A stretch of DNA of 64,000 nucleotides, from positions 7,988,201 to 8,052,200 of the forward strand of contig NC_092670.1 of assembly GCF_964355755.1 (NCBI RefSeq), given 5' to 3'. Position numbers and translations under genes: made by a program. This DNA is from Antedon mediterranea (Eukaryota; Animalia; Echinodermata). The notes beneath the pieces are model-generated. The model worked only from the letters and a program-made list of their open reading frames with translations, did not search any database and was not told where the DNA came from. The number at the start of each line of letters is the position of its first letter. The stretch's first letter is position 1. Below, piece after piece: positions 28,201 through 40,147 of the stretch.

Positions 28201-30629
28201 TTTGCGTGACCAAGGCTACTGAAGTAGCTGAAACGTAGCAAGTAAGTACATTGTCGACTGGTTTAACCAAAAAGTTAACATTTATTTACTAAATATTCTA
28301 AATATATTATTACAAAATAATATTGTAAGACAGATATAAAAAGGTATACAAGTCAACATGTACATGTACAAATTAGTTCTTTATCTAGAGATAGACTAGT
28401 TTGATATAGAAATTATATACTAATGTTAAAACAAACTTATAAATTAAGAAATTATAATAAAGACAAATTACAAACAAAGAGGTCATAGTGATAAGTTACA
28501 TAACAGAGCATTATCATTTTTACCATAAATACTGTAGAGAAGAAATTGAAAAACATGAAAAGTGTATTAGAAGAAAGCTACACCATACTTACTGACTAAA
28601 ACATTGGTTTAATGGTTCAATTGTATCTGATATTGTTGTTTTGTTGTGTAAACCGTTTACTTTTTCACCAAACAGTACAGGATAATTAACACATTGTAGC
28701 ATGAATAACGAGAACATCACAATGAATATAAATTGCCTAAAATAAAAAAAAAGGTTATTATTATTGTTCGAATGGTTTCTATATTGAATTTGAAATTTAA
28801 CGAAAAGCACATGTTTAATAAAGTGTGAAATATCTACTAGCCTATTTAAAATTCAAATTGCATTTATTTATGTCCAGAAGACAAAGAAATTAAACATTGA
28901 AATTTAAAAGCAATATAAATTGAGATTTTCTATGCATCAACATTATCACTCAATCAAGAAGTACCAACATTGAAAACAAGTTAGAGGTTTGGCTACTTTT
29001 AATAAGGATTGATAACAAGACTAGAGGTGACAGAATTATAGTAAAAATTAGTAAAAAAAAGGCTTTCAAGATGAGACAAAGCTTTACTGTATTTTCTTTC
29101 ACATATAAATAAACATGAAAATAAATTTACTACCAGGGCCTCTGTTAAACATGTTGTATACTTTTATTATTTACTACACAATAATATGACAAAAAAAAAA
29201 ATTATCTTACACAAGTTCTAATATTTGTGAGAGCATCATGCAGGCATAGCCATGTTTCTGATGGTACTGGTAAATGTAAACAAAACTATTAAGGTGAAAT
29301 TAGCTTTGAAAATAAAAACTTTTTTCATGAAAAGGATATTGGTTTATATTGTACAGTGAACGCTAACCTTTGGCATTATAGTTTCATGGAAAATTTTCAT
29401 TATGGAGAGTTTCGTTTTGGATAGTTGCTTTTAACTATGTAAATCTGTCTAGCAATTTAAAATAATTAAAACATTATGTATGATTTGAAAATAATGTTGC
29501 CTTTTAATTTTGGGCATTTTTTAAAAATTTTCCTGATTAAAATACAGACATCATTACAATCAACAATGTTTGAATACAGAGAACCTAATGTACTTACTCA
29601 TAGTATGGTGAAAGGGCTTACGTAGGCCCATATTGTGGAACAGATTTCTTAAGTGGATATAAAACAGCTTTTTTATTAAATTTGTTCTGCTGTACCCAGC
29701 ATAACAAATGCTGTTAGAAAAATTATTTGTTTATCTGCGCTATATAAAAAAAAGTTGATTCAGATACCGTGATATTTTCTAATGTTTATTTAATAGATTG
29801 TTTATCTTACAAAATTAATCCAATAAAAATTGAACAACATAAAAATTCAAAGGATATTCTAGTGAAAAATTCATCCAGGTTCTCAATATGATTCCATGGA
29901 GCTGAAAGAAAAAAGAACAATGCATGAATTTTATGGCTTACATTAGATTGGATAATACAATTGAAGTTGGGTAACTTATTACTGATAAGTTCACTATCAC
30001 ATTAAAATGAGGTTATCTTCATCTAGTAATATAAATGTAGGTGTGTAAAGTGAATGTTACAGTGTATTAACCTCAAATTGATGGACAGTAGTGCCAGATA
30101 TGTGAGGAACGTGCAAGGAGATACTTAAAGTATGGTAGGCTACAATGCAAATGTCAAGCCATCTGATGTACGGAACAGTATAATGCTATAAATAATTTCT
30201 TTGTTTGGAACTTTTTTAATTCTTCTATGAACTGTTCTGAAGTAGAACAAAAACCAGAGTCCTGATGGTCGTATTGAACAATCACACTTACTCTATGTGA
30301 GATATTTGACTTAAATACTGAATATTTTATTTAAATAATTTTTATTATGAAACTCAATAAATATAATATATAATTTCTCTTGTGGTAATGCAAATTATGT
30401 TTAGTGTGTGTGTTACCATGTGTACACTTTTTACAACAAATTAAGTGAATTTATTTTTTACAGCAATTTTAGAACAATTGTGAATTAATTATTGTATTAA
30501 GTCTGTACTTATTTCACCTTTTCCATTATCAGGAACATGATGGTCCAAGACATTTCTTTCATCTGGTGGTGAATCATCGTCGTCATGGAAGGTTTCCAGT
30601 CTTCGATACCCTGTCTCTAGATGTTCCAT
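16215..30629 (-). CDS. ATG9A: Autophagy-related protein 9 (lipid scramblase), 22 coding exons, ~789 aa
   Basis: Exons 30518-30629, 29858-29901, 29211-29275, 28593-28736, 27748-27883, 27038-27140, 26586-26685, 25218-25267, 24968-25052, 24404-24544, 22916-22978, 22109-22183, 21886-21995, 21590-21630, 21112-21246, 20602-20781, 20085-20168, 19520-19586, 19103-19191, 18764-18957, 18147-18288, 16215-16424 (2370 nt, phases consistent). Hallmarks PWNHIENLDEFF, LDIYHRILRFKNYMVAMVNKSLLP, LGARKWS, RHFNELDHE, GVGDVCSFA, GKTELSLMHF. Confidence 0.95.
17001..18098 (-). mobile_element. Non-autonomous Helitron in the last ATG9A intron
   Basis: Minus strand starts 5'-TCTATATATA (18098) and ends in hairpin CTAGATGGTAC...GTACCATCTAG-3' (17037-17001); flanked by A and T with no TSD, the canonical Helitron TC...CTRR pattern. 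Confidence 0.8.
19791..19927. mobile_element. Tourist/PIF-Harbinger-type MITE (family with at least 6 copies in the window)
   Basis: TIR AGCTCTGTCTACACTATCAAAC (left end slightly degenerate), TAA on both sides. Partial copies at ~3923-4060, ~9255-9318, ~35979-36108. Confidence 0.8.
22551..22808. mobile_element. MITE with ~30-bp imperfect TIRs (same family as 2765-2976)
   Basis: CCAAGGCAATCCAACAACAGGATGCTGAGCT and AGCTCAGCATTCTGTCATTAGATTGCTTTGG are inverted. Confidence 0.7.
23376..24312 (+). mobile_element. 5'-truncated L2/CR1-group LINE (3' end of ORF2 plus 3'UTR), antisense in an ATG9A intron
   Basis: YLGCLLDEDLS, LITCHFDYACCSW, LQTSQNKVARFIL, TFYYTGIKAWNNLP are post-RT motifs of L2/CR1-group elements; 3' hairpin, AATAAA and (TCAAA)n tail. 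Confidence 0.85.
24764..24930. mobile_element. Tourist/Harbinger-type MITE copy
   Basis: AGCTTTGTCTGCACTATCAAACT...AGTTTGATAGTGTAGACAGAGCT. Confidence 0.8.
25537..26440 (-). mobile_element. Degenerate 5'-truncated L2/CR1-group LINE
   Basis: QPLISYCNIIW, LQKKAIRAIT, HKYNTR and a GPHVWNNL motif with stops; AATAAA followed by (TGAAA/TGAA)n tail at ~25537-25556. Confidence 0.8.
27345..27685. repeat. 21-bp intronic minisatellite (~16 units)
   Basis: Units GCTATTGCTATTTTTAGTGCT / GATATTTCTATTTTTAGCACT; explains the spurious ORFs 27264-27737 and 27338-27733. Confidence 0.9.
28022..28288 (+). mobile_element. Penelope-like retroelement 3' fragment with 14-bp target-site duplication
   Basis: Encodes NRDQGGHELSHIYDDLI, typical of the end of a Penelope GIY-YIG ORF; followed by a hammerhead-like motif; flanked by CTAAATATTCTAAA at 28008-28021 and 28289-28302. 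Confidence 0.8.
28202..28241 (+). ncRNA. Minimal type I hammerhead ribozyme variant
   Basis: TTGC-GTGACCA-A-GGCTAC-TGAA-GTAGCT-GAAA-CGTA-GCAA: stem I TTGC/GCAA, stem II GGCTAC/GTAGCT, GAAA box, palindromic ACGT stem III, GUA cleavage triplet. Confidence 0.6.
29276..29857 (-). other. U12-type AT-AC minor intron of ATG9A
   Basis: Intron begins ATATCCTTTG after ...EFFTR, has branch site CACCTTAAT ~13 nt from the end, and ends AC before IYQYHQKHG; this is the only joining I found that keeps the conserved protein sequence. Confidence 0.92.
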
Positions 30630-31848
30630 CTTTCCCTACGTTTAACACCCACTCCAAGAATCACCACTTCTGTTGTTTAATGGTTACTAAAAAAGTAAAT
30701 AAAAAATAATAATTTGGTATATACAAACAAATGCAGTTGCAGATTTGAAGTTTAGTCCATAAGCATGGACATTCAGTACCAAACAAACCAGATAATTATT
30801 TAATTTTAAAAATTTGTTGGCAAAAAAATATTTAAGATTTATTTATTAATTTAAAACATTTAAATAAAAAAAACAATAATTCAAAGATGTTTACAAAACA
30901 GATTTGAGCAAATAATATTTTTTTTTTTTAAGATTTATTAATTTAAAACATTTATATAAAGAATTGGCAACTCTCAACATTTTAAAATCATGCCTTAATT
31001 GTGTGTGATTTCAACAATGGAAATTGTGCAAGAACCAATTATGATAAATTAAAATTCTGTGACATTTCTTGTTACAAGTATTAATTACTTTCATTTTGCT
31101 TATAACCAATTATGAGTAATTTTGTCATCCGATTTCTCATTTCTCTGACTAAAAAACCCAAAATTTAAATGCTGTGAACGTTTTTTAAATTATTACTTGC
31201 ATTTATGCTTATAAATATGCACAGTGTAGGCCTATAACTTAATTGTTTGTTTATATAAAATTATAGACATTCATAATAACACAGTTTGCTTATAAATATT
31301 TACAGAGTATAACTTAACTTTTTAATCATTGAGTTATATAAGATTGTAAGCATAATTATTAACATTTAATAATAACAATTTAATTACTTAAATGCTTTGT
31401 CTCTCTTTACAGTCTCACTCAGTCTTTGTTTGCTTTTTTTATGTGTTTGCATACTTTTTGAGGTACTTACTGACTTAAATTAAAATATAATTTTATATAG
31501 GCCTAATAGGCGAGTGATGATATTGATAATACAGTAAGTAATAGAAGTACTTAAAATTATTATAAGAGGATTGGGACTAAGCCTAGCTAGCCTTCTACTC
31601 TAGCAGTATTTTAGGCCTATACACACTTACTATCTAGCCTAAGCCTAGAGTCTACTCTATGAATGGTTTTTGGCCAGGCACACAGGCCAAACAACAAGCA
31701 GTCAGTCACAACAACAAAACAAGAAAACTTCGTTTGCGAGTTCATTTTATTTAGCTATAAATAATTGTATAATTTTTCATATAATAAGATGCACAGTTCA
31801 CTGTTATTAGCTACACTGTGTTATAAATGAAGTGGAACTATTACTTAC

Positions 31849-32263
31849 TGCATTTATAGTTATGTTTTATGATGAATATAAATAGAAAAGGACGTAAAAT
31901 CCGTTTTCTCAATAAAATACCAGTGACGAAATGTTTACAAATTATATTGACCTTTAGCCTAGATTAAGGAACGGCAAAATTTTATTAATTATTTTAACAG
32001 TGTAAAATAGAAATTAAATAATAAAAAATATTATAAGGTTCTATAATACTCTAAAACTATTAATCTAATCAGTTAAGAGAAAGTAACATATTTTTTTTAA
32101 CCAACAAAATACAAATTGATTTCTTGTTTAACCTTTGCCCTGTTCGTTACGGTTGAGAGAATTTTTAAGAAAAAAAGAAGGATTCAAACGAAAACGATCG
32201 AGTTGAAAATATCTTTTTCAGTTATTAATTAAGCCATAATATTATACTTATTTAAAGAGTAAA
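31849..32263. promoter_or_regulatory. Probable bidirectional promoter and 5' non-coding regions of ATG9A and CNOT9
   Basis: Divergent genes; minus-strand donor CA|GTAAGT at 31848 fits a non-coding ATG9A exon 1 splicing to the acceptor at 30687; CNOT9 ATG at 32264. Confidence 0.6.
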
Positions 32264-35200
32264 ATGCACTCACTCACGAGTGTGCAACAGGTATTTTATG
32301 TTTATTTTGTTTTAATAATAGATAATGATCTCCCTACCTAGTTTTTAGGCTAAATTAATATCGTGAGTGAGTCAGTCGAACTGTTTTACTGTTGGCTGCG
32401 TAGGCCTAAGCCTGTAGGCCTAGGCTAGCCCAGGGCCTATCTAGGCTAGGCTAGCCTGGAATCAGGCTTTAATGACCATTTCGGCCAAGGGACGGCTAAT
32501 CCAGAGACTTTTCGGCCAAAGTTGCTTGGGCCATTTTTGACTCAAATGGTGAGGGCCGAAAGTGATGCAGTGATGATAATTGATGATTGTGTAATGGTAT
32601 ACTGTAGTAGTAGGATGTGCAATTCCAAAGTGCAAAAGGATTTTCTTTGTGCAATTTAAATCAAAATACTCAATTTAAATAGTATTTGATCAAACAAAAT
32701 ATCAATAACCTTACTTATATTATATCAGGTACATTGATATTAAATAATGCAACAAATCATAATATTATTTGTTAGGCCTAGCCTAGCCCTAATATTAAAT
32801 AACTTAACAGAATAACATTTTTAATTAAATATAAAATAAACCTGGTACTGGCCTATTATAGGCAATATATAGACCACTACCGACTGAGACTACTGTCTGT
32901 ACCATGAACCCTAGAGACTAATTAGGCTAATTGAGAACGCTGACAGAACAATAATACAAATTTGTTTCCATACTTCATATTACAGAGACTTGGTACAACA
33001 GCTATTCCAAATACAAATACACCGCCAACATTAGCTCCAGTTGATAGAGAAAAAATCTACCAATGGATTGTGGAACTAACCAGTCCAGACACAAGAGAAA
33101 ATGCACTATTAGAATTAAGGTAAAGTTCTGAATAAATCCACATATTTTTTTACTTTTTGTCGAGGTCCCCTGGGTTTAGCCAATGAGTGCTCGTAATTGT
33201 TATGCCACTGTACTTAGTCATAAAATTATGATTATTTATTATTTCATTTTTGTTTGCAGTAAAAAGCGTGAGGTTGTACCCGACTTGGCTCCTATGTTAT
33301 GGCACTCATTCGGTACAGTCGCAGCTTTACTTCAAGAAATTGTCAATATTTATCCTTTTATAAACCCACCAAGTTTAACAGTAAGTGTAGATATTTTCAA
33401 ACTATATACTGTGATGGACAAAATATCTTAAAGTCTCTAGTAGTAGTTCATCTTAATTTTGTTTTATAGTCATATGGTTTTAGGATAGATTTAGATTTTT
33501 GGTTTTCTTTCAAGTATTTTTTGTTGTATATGGAATTTTTATTCTGAAATAAAGTGATCACTATTGTGACAAGTGTTTTTTCAATTCTTGACTTGATCCA
33601 GACTGCATACTTTTTATTTTGTATAATATATGTTGTTTTTCAGTCAGAAATAAATGTCTTATCAGTTAATCAATTCTGTAGTACCATTTTATCTGGTACA
33701 GTATTATTAACTGAAACGTTTTTATTCTTCTCTTGTAGGCTCATCAATCAAACAGAGTATGTAATGCATTGGCATTGTTGCAGTGTGTGGCCTCTCATCC
33801 AGAAACAAGATCAGCATTTTTACAAGGTTAGTTAGTAAATAGCTTTCACAATAGTTTATCTTATTTCTGGTTAGGCAAAGAACAATGGCTCTATTTCATC
33901 AATTACAGGTACACTTTATATTTTCCTAATAACTAATTAGAATAACTGTTTAAAAGGATTTCCCATACACTAATTGAATTTAGCTTAAAGCCTGGTTTCA
34001 CAGTCCATATAAAATAGTATTTATACAGTAGTAGTATACTGTAGTGTATTAAATGTCCTATATTTTAGTTTTACAACACAATATTACAAAAAGTCAATGT
34101 ATTTCAATGCTGTTAAAATACATTGACTTATAAATAAAAGAAATATAACCTTGAAATACTGTAAGATCAAAATAATTTTTAATACAAATATATTTTATAC
34201 TTTCAGCTCATATTCCTCTATTTCTTTATCCATTTTTGCATACGGTCAGCAAAACAAGACCTTTTGAATATCTCCGATTGACCAGTTTAGGGGTCATCGG
34301 AGCACTTGTAAAGGTAAGTCAAGGAGGAAAGTGGTATATTTTATCATTTAATATTATTGATAATATATTAGAATTGCACACAAAATGAATTACAAATTGT
34401 TATATTTGATAATTGTGTGTCGACTTGGTAATATTCGCATTTTAAAACCTGTTATACTTTTTATTAATAACATTTGATGGATCAGTTAATATAACAACTA
34501 TTATTGCAAAGTGCGACAGGTATCACAAAGTGCGATGATCATTACAAAAATAACCAACGTGAAATTCTGTTTTGTTTTTGTTTTACTAATGATTTATTTT
34601 AAATTTTTATAGACTGATGAACAAGAGGTGATAACTTTTCTACTTACAACTGAAATTATTCCACTTTGCTTAAGAATTATGGAAAGTGGCAGTGAATTAT
34701 CAAAAACGGTAAGCTATAGGTGCTTGACCTTTGACAAGATCACCTAACATTTATAATTTCAAAACTTTACTATACTGCATATCTTATCTGCAATAGTCAC
34801 TTCATTATCTCTCTGCTTCTATTCCTTATATCTATATTATCTTTTTGAATGTTAATACTAACATTATATAAACATACATTTAAATATTGCATCATATAAC
34901 TCTAAATAAAATATTCCTATCAGCTGAAAGTCATTGTTATAGTAAAAGTTATATCTTGGGTCCATTCTACAGTCACCATAGATTTACTTCTTTATCAGTA
35001 CTTTCTATGAAAGAATGATGAGTTTGGAACATAAACGCTAGTTGATCATTTCTAGTACCATTCTGAACTCAAACACCACCATCATCTTCTGATATTTAAA
35101 TATGCAATTTTTTATGATTTGCCAAATATAGACACTTTCTAAAATCCATACATATTTGCAGATGTATTATAGCTTTTATGTACTTTTCTTTTTCTTTGTT

Positions 35201-36746
35201 TAAAGCTTGGGTCCCTGCCAACTGAATAACAAAATATTGCTTTTAATTGGTCTACAACCTTTGTTGTGTCCTAGTAAGAAGAAAGCCAAATACTTCTACA
35301 ATTCAATTTTTTTTGTATTTCAGGTTGCAACATTTATTTTACAGAAGATTCTACTGGATGAAACCGGGTTATCATATATTTGTCAAACTTATGAACGTTT
35401 CTCACATGTTGCAATGATACTAGTAAGTGCAGTATATTGTGTGGCTTAAGCTCTGTCTACACTATCAAGCTAGTTTTGAAAGAGATGATGATGTGCACGA
35501 ATATGGTAGTGATAATGACATCATTGTGTCTATACTGTATGGGCACATCAAAAAAAAAAAGTTTGATAGTGTAGACCGAGCTAATGTTGTAGACAAAAAA
35601 AGACCATAGAAAAATGCAAACCTGGTCCACAATATTTTATATTTAATTTACAGTTTGAATGAAAATATACTATGGCTACATTGAAATAGAGAAAAGATCA
35701 GGCTGATAGTAAAATAAAAACAACAAAAACATTTTTTTTAAACAATTTTGAAACTTAATGATATGTGTTTTTCATTTCTTTTAGGGTAAAATGGTATTGG
35801 CTCTGGCAAAAGAGCCGTCAGCCAGATTGTTGAAACATGTTGTTAGGTGCTATCTAAGACTCTCTGATAACCCCAGGTATACTCATTGTTTACAGCTTAT
35901 TTAAAACGTTTTGTAGAAAACTTGAATAAAAAATAAAAATTAGGTGTAATTCACAATTACAGTACAACCATGGCAAAATACACTATCAAACTTTATGCAA
36001 CAACAAAGTATGATATGACCATATATGAACATGATGACATCATATCACTACTATATTTTGGCACATCACACGATTTTGTCAAACTAGTTTGATAGGGTAG
36101 ACAGAGCTTAAGAACAGTGCCTGGGACAAGGATAAAATGCTTCATGATTGAGCCTAGTTATACCTGGATGAAGATGAATTGAAAGATCTTTCAAAATCCC
36201 TTTCCAATTGATTGATTGATGGATTGATTGAATTTATTTGATGCTCAACATTAAAATAACAAACAGACAAAATAACGAGCATCAGGAACACCCATTAGGC
36301 CGGAAAAACCAGCCCATTTCCAATGGGGTCCAAATTGCACATAACAAACAAGAGAAAATACAACATTTATAAAAATATATATATTATATATATATATACA
36401 TTAAAATAAAGCCCAGTAAAACAGAAAAATTAAAAGAGAAAGCAAACAAGTAATGAGAACCCAGACTAAATTTAATTAGTCACCTTTATAATTTGAAAAT
36501 ATACCATAGTTGTGCCCATTTTTCCATGGTTTTGTTGTCTTTTAATGTTTTTACTGTTTGTGTTATAATTTTTTTTTCAGAGCACGAGAGGCCCTTCGAC
36601 AATGCTTGCCTGATCAGTTAAAGGATAGTACATTTGGTGTTGTACTTAAAGATGACAACTCAACTAAAAGGTGGCTAGCTCAGCTGATTAAGAATCTCAC
36701 AGACGCTGGTGTTGGTGACCCCAGGGGAATTCCCCTTCCACAGTGA
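32264..36746 (+). CDS. CNOT9: CCR4-NOT complex subunit 9 (RQCD1/Rcd-1), 9 exons, 309 aa
   Basis: Exons 32264-32290, 32986-33119, 33260-33380, 33739-33826, 34207-34313, 34613-34708, 35324-35422, 35785-35876, 36581-36746 (930 nt). MHSL...VDREKIYQW...[27 protein letters not shown]...[19 protein letters not shown]...DPRGIPLPQ. Confidence 0.97.
35449..35582. mobile_element. Tourist/Harbinger-type MITE copy in a CNOT9 intron
   Basis: AGCTCTGTCTACACTATCAAG...GTTTGATAGTGTAGACCGAGCT. Confidence 0.8.
36205..36340 (-). mobile_element. LINE 3'UTR remnant
   Basis: Minus strand: hairpin region GGACCCCATTGGAAATGGGCT... resembling that at ~24158, then AATAAA and (TCAA)n tail. Confidence 0.5.
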
Positions 36747-37809
36747 TGACCTCAACACTCACCTACATTAGAGAATTCTCTACAGCAGTATACACAATCG
36801 ACTCGGCTGTTAATCACTCCATCTAACTCGTCACCCTTTATGCTGTTTACGTGCAGTGGAATTTGATTGACTGCGTAATGTTTGCGAGTGAACAGTGAAA
36901 TATGCTTAGCGACAGTTAAGTTGAATATTTTGTTAGATAGATTCGCAATGACCACCTCAGCATTGAGCTACAAAGGGCAACTTTCCCTTTCACAGTGACA
37001 ATGTCAATATTATTTAGCAGCACAAGAGGAACTCCACAGTGACAATCTGAACTGTACAAGTACAAGATTGAGTTTCTTATTCTCGGAATCATTTTTTTAT
37101 TCATAACAAGAAAAAATGTGTAATAATTGTTTTAATTTACTATTTTACAAACAATTTTATTTTTACATGTTACTTGTTAGTTTATATTCAATATATTAAT
37201 TATTTTATTTTTTGAAAAGCAAATATTAATTTTTATTCTTTGCTCAGTTAAAATGATTTAATACAAATGAAATTTAGTTTTCTCTTCTGTTATATTCAGT
37301 ATTTTACGAATGTTATTTCAGTTTATAAAATAAAAAACATTTTTTAAATTGTTTTATTGTATATTGTTAGTGTTGTTAAAAAGATAGAAGATCAATAGTG
37401 TTTTCTGTTCATTTAAAAAAACATGTAATGCGTAGTTTTGTTGTATATTGCTACAATATTTTTTTATATGGAAAGAAAGCCATGTAAATAAATGTATTAA
37501 CTTTTCAGAATTACTTTATTTAGTAAACCATGCAAACAGGAAATAAATGTTTTACAAATAATATTATGAAGTTGTTCTATTTTATTTAATCAAATCATAC
37601 ACCATGTTTCAACACAAGTATCAGAGATGAAAAAAACTCGAGAGAAAAAAAGGGTTATTAGATAAATTGCAAAGAAAAGAAACTGTAAATAATCGGGATT
37701 ATGAGATTGGGCCAAACCTCCATAAAATTATTCAATTACCACATCTTCATGTTTGATATACCAGTGTGGTTCGCACCTTGACTCTGTTGCTTAACTGCCT
37801 ATAATATAG

Positions 37810-38163
37810 GCAATGTTTCCGCAGCCATAAAAAAAAATTATTTTGTTTTAACCTATTAGATAATTAATACAAAATGATCAATCCAAATGAATTTTCAAAA
37901 TTTCTCGACTCAACCAGTTATATTTTTTTTCTTAAATTATCTTATTGAGTTATAGATAATTTCGGTTAATATTTGTCTGGTCCGCTATCAGTTAATTTTT
38001 TATCGGATAATTATCGCGCGCAAATATTACTTTTTATTTCTTTTCCCCATGACTACTGATTAGGCCTAGATGATTTCGGTTATTGTCTCCAGCGGGGTTA
38101 TTTATCGGTTAATTTTGTATCGGCTAATTATCACGCGCTAATTTCTGGCTGCAGAAACAAAGC
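37810..38163. mobile_element. MITE
   Basis: TIRs GCAATGTTTCCGCAGCCA and TGGCTGCAGAAACAAAGC; internal repeated ATCGGTTAAT/TTATC motifs. Confidence 0.65.
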
Positions 38164-38679
38164 ACACTTAGCAATCTTGATAACCATCCGTATCCACTCT
38201 TAATTTTGACGATTGCCTTGATAATAACCACGAAGGAAATTATTATTTATTTCCTGCATGATTGATAAAGCAATGTAAATTGTAATTGATTGATTATCAC
38301 TTTATTTCATAATTTAAAAAATCCATATATCCAACAAACAATACAAAACGGAAAATCACATTAAAATAGGATTTCTCCATATTTTAGTAAAGAGATTTTG
38401 AAGACGTAACAGATAGTTCGTAGTAAAACCTAACAAGATCAGTTACACTATTCAAAAATTTTCTAAAATATTAGCCGCACTTAGAGGGTACTCCTCGTCG
38501 AAAACGTGTTACTAACACTTCAGTGCTGCTTAGGTAAGCCTTATTATAGTTATATCACACCTTTAAAAGTGTTTTTAATTTCTTTTGTCTATGGAAACAG
38601 CCCCGCATTGTAATACCATAGAGGAGTTATTAAATTCTTCAATGGTTAAAACAATACATGAATTATTTGCATGGTCTCA

Positions 38680-38890
38680 CTCGGCCAATGAAAGTATAGC
38701 AGCAAATCATATAAGGTTAAGAAGGGAAGAGTGAAATTAAATTTATTTCACTCTTCTCTGGGTTAAGCGCAATGTTTCTTTGTCAGTTTTAATGACCGTG
38801 ATTTAAGTCGGATATTTGTTACGCCAAGTGTTATTTTTATGAAAGCAGCGAAGTAGGTGGACATACTGAGAAGAAGGCCTAGTTAGGTAA
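38680..38890 (+). promoter_or_regulatory. Probable promoter and non-coding first exon of ZNF gene 1 (paralogous copies at ~48141-48330 and ~48931-49100)
   Basis: CTCGGCCAAT(G/C)AAA CCAAT box, then GGTTAAGCG..TCTTGTCAG, GCAGCGAA..GTGGACA and a donor AG|GTAAAA at 38886; the same order of motifs lies upstream of ZNF gene 2. Confidence 0.55.
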
Positions 38891-40147
38891 AAAAAAACTT
38901 GTTTTATCATTTTGTTACATTCACAAATAAAAGACTATCTTGTTATTAAATCCTATATTATAAGTTGTACTCTTATATTTTGTACATAATTATAATTAGT
39001 TTCTTGTAATAAGCCTATTAAATCGAGGTGTAAGTCGAGGTGGCGAAAATGACACCTGTTCCATCACTTTCTTTTATTTCAATTACTCTCCCAAGTCTAG
39101 ATTAGGTACAAAGCTTCCAAATAATTATTAGGGCATGATATTATAATGCAGTAAAAACCAAAATAAACATTATACGATAAACAAATAAAAGTAATATATA
39201 AAATAGAACACAAGTTTGTATATGTATTTATATTATGTCGTTATTTTAAAGATTATTTGATTCGATTTTGTTTGTAGTGCTGACACTTTCATTTCAAAGC
39301 AAGCAATTAATTAATGACACGATTCGGTCCACATTTGGGCCGAAAGGTACCACTTTGTTGGCCGAAACGTCACTTTAGACCAAATCAACGATTGTTAATT
39401 GTTATGTTAATTTACATTTTCTGTGGTATTTATCAAGTATAATATATATGGCCTTGTTAAAGGTGTTTGAACCAAGGCAATCAATCCAAACAAATATTAG
39501 CGGTATACCCAGGGCGGTATACGACAATAGTGCTTTTTTTATTTTTACTGTATTAACTAACTTCATGTATTGGATTGTTTTTGTAAAATTTAAAAAGTAA
39601 TATTCATGTTCTGTGCCTGATGTTGGAAGGGATGTATAAAAAAAAAGAAGTTAGGGCGTTATCACGCACTATCTGGTTTGCTGAATTATAGTCAATACAA
39701 TTGCTTTTCCCATGGATTATATATAATATATATACAATAGGTCGTGAAGTTATGTCTATTTCTTGTTTCGTAACGTCAGACCCACCCTACATTGTAAATA
39801 TAAAATCGACCAACAGTTATTTCGCACTTTGCCTTTGTAGGCCTATATTCAAGATTCAAGATTCAAGACATTTTATTTGTCCATAAAAATGGAAATTCAC
39901 TTTGCTTGGTAGATTAAAACAACAATATTGCAACAATTTAATTTCACAAAGCCTATAGTCAAAAAGAACTGTATTCATAAATTTACTAAGCCTACTGTAA
40001 TTTTTACCATAGTCATTTTTATATTTACAGTCTATGATTATGAAGAAATGACATCGCAATCAAGACGAATCAAAGATACAACTTCAACAAAAAGAATTTA
40101 ACAAGTAAGCATCATAACAAAAAGATTTTTATTGAACATCAATCAAT

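Noticed and set aside
40030-40147. Conserved regulatory uORFs in ZNF 5'UTRs
   Set aside because: Short uORFs exist in all three genes but differ in frame and peptide; expected by chance in AT-rich leaders.
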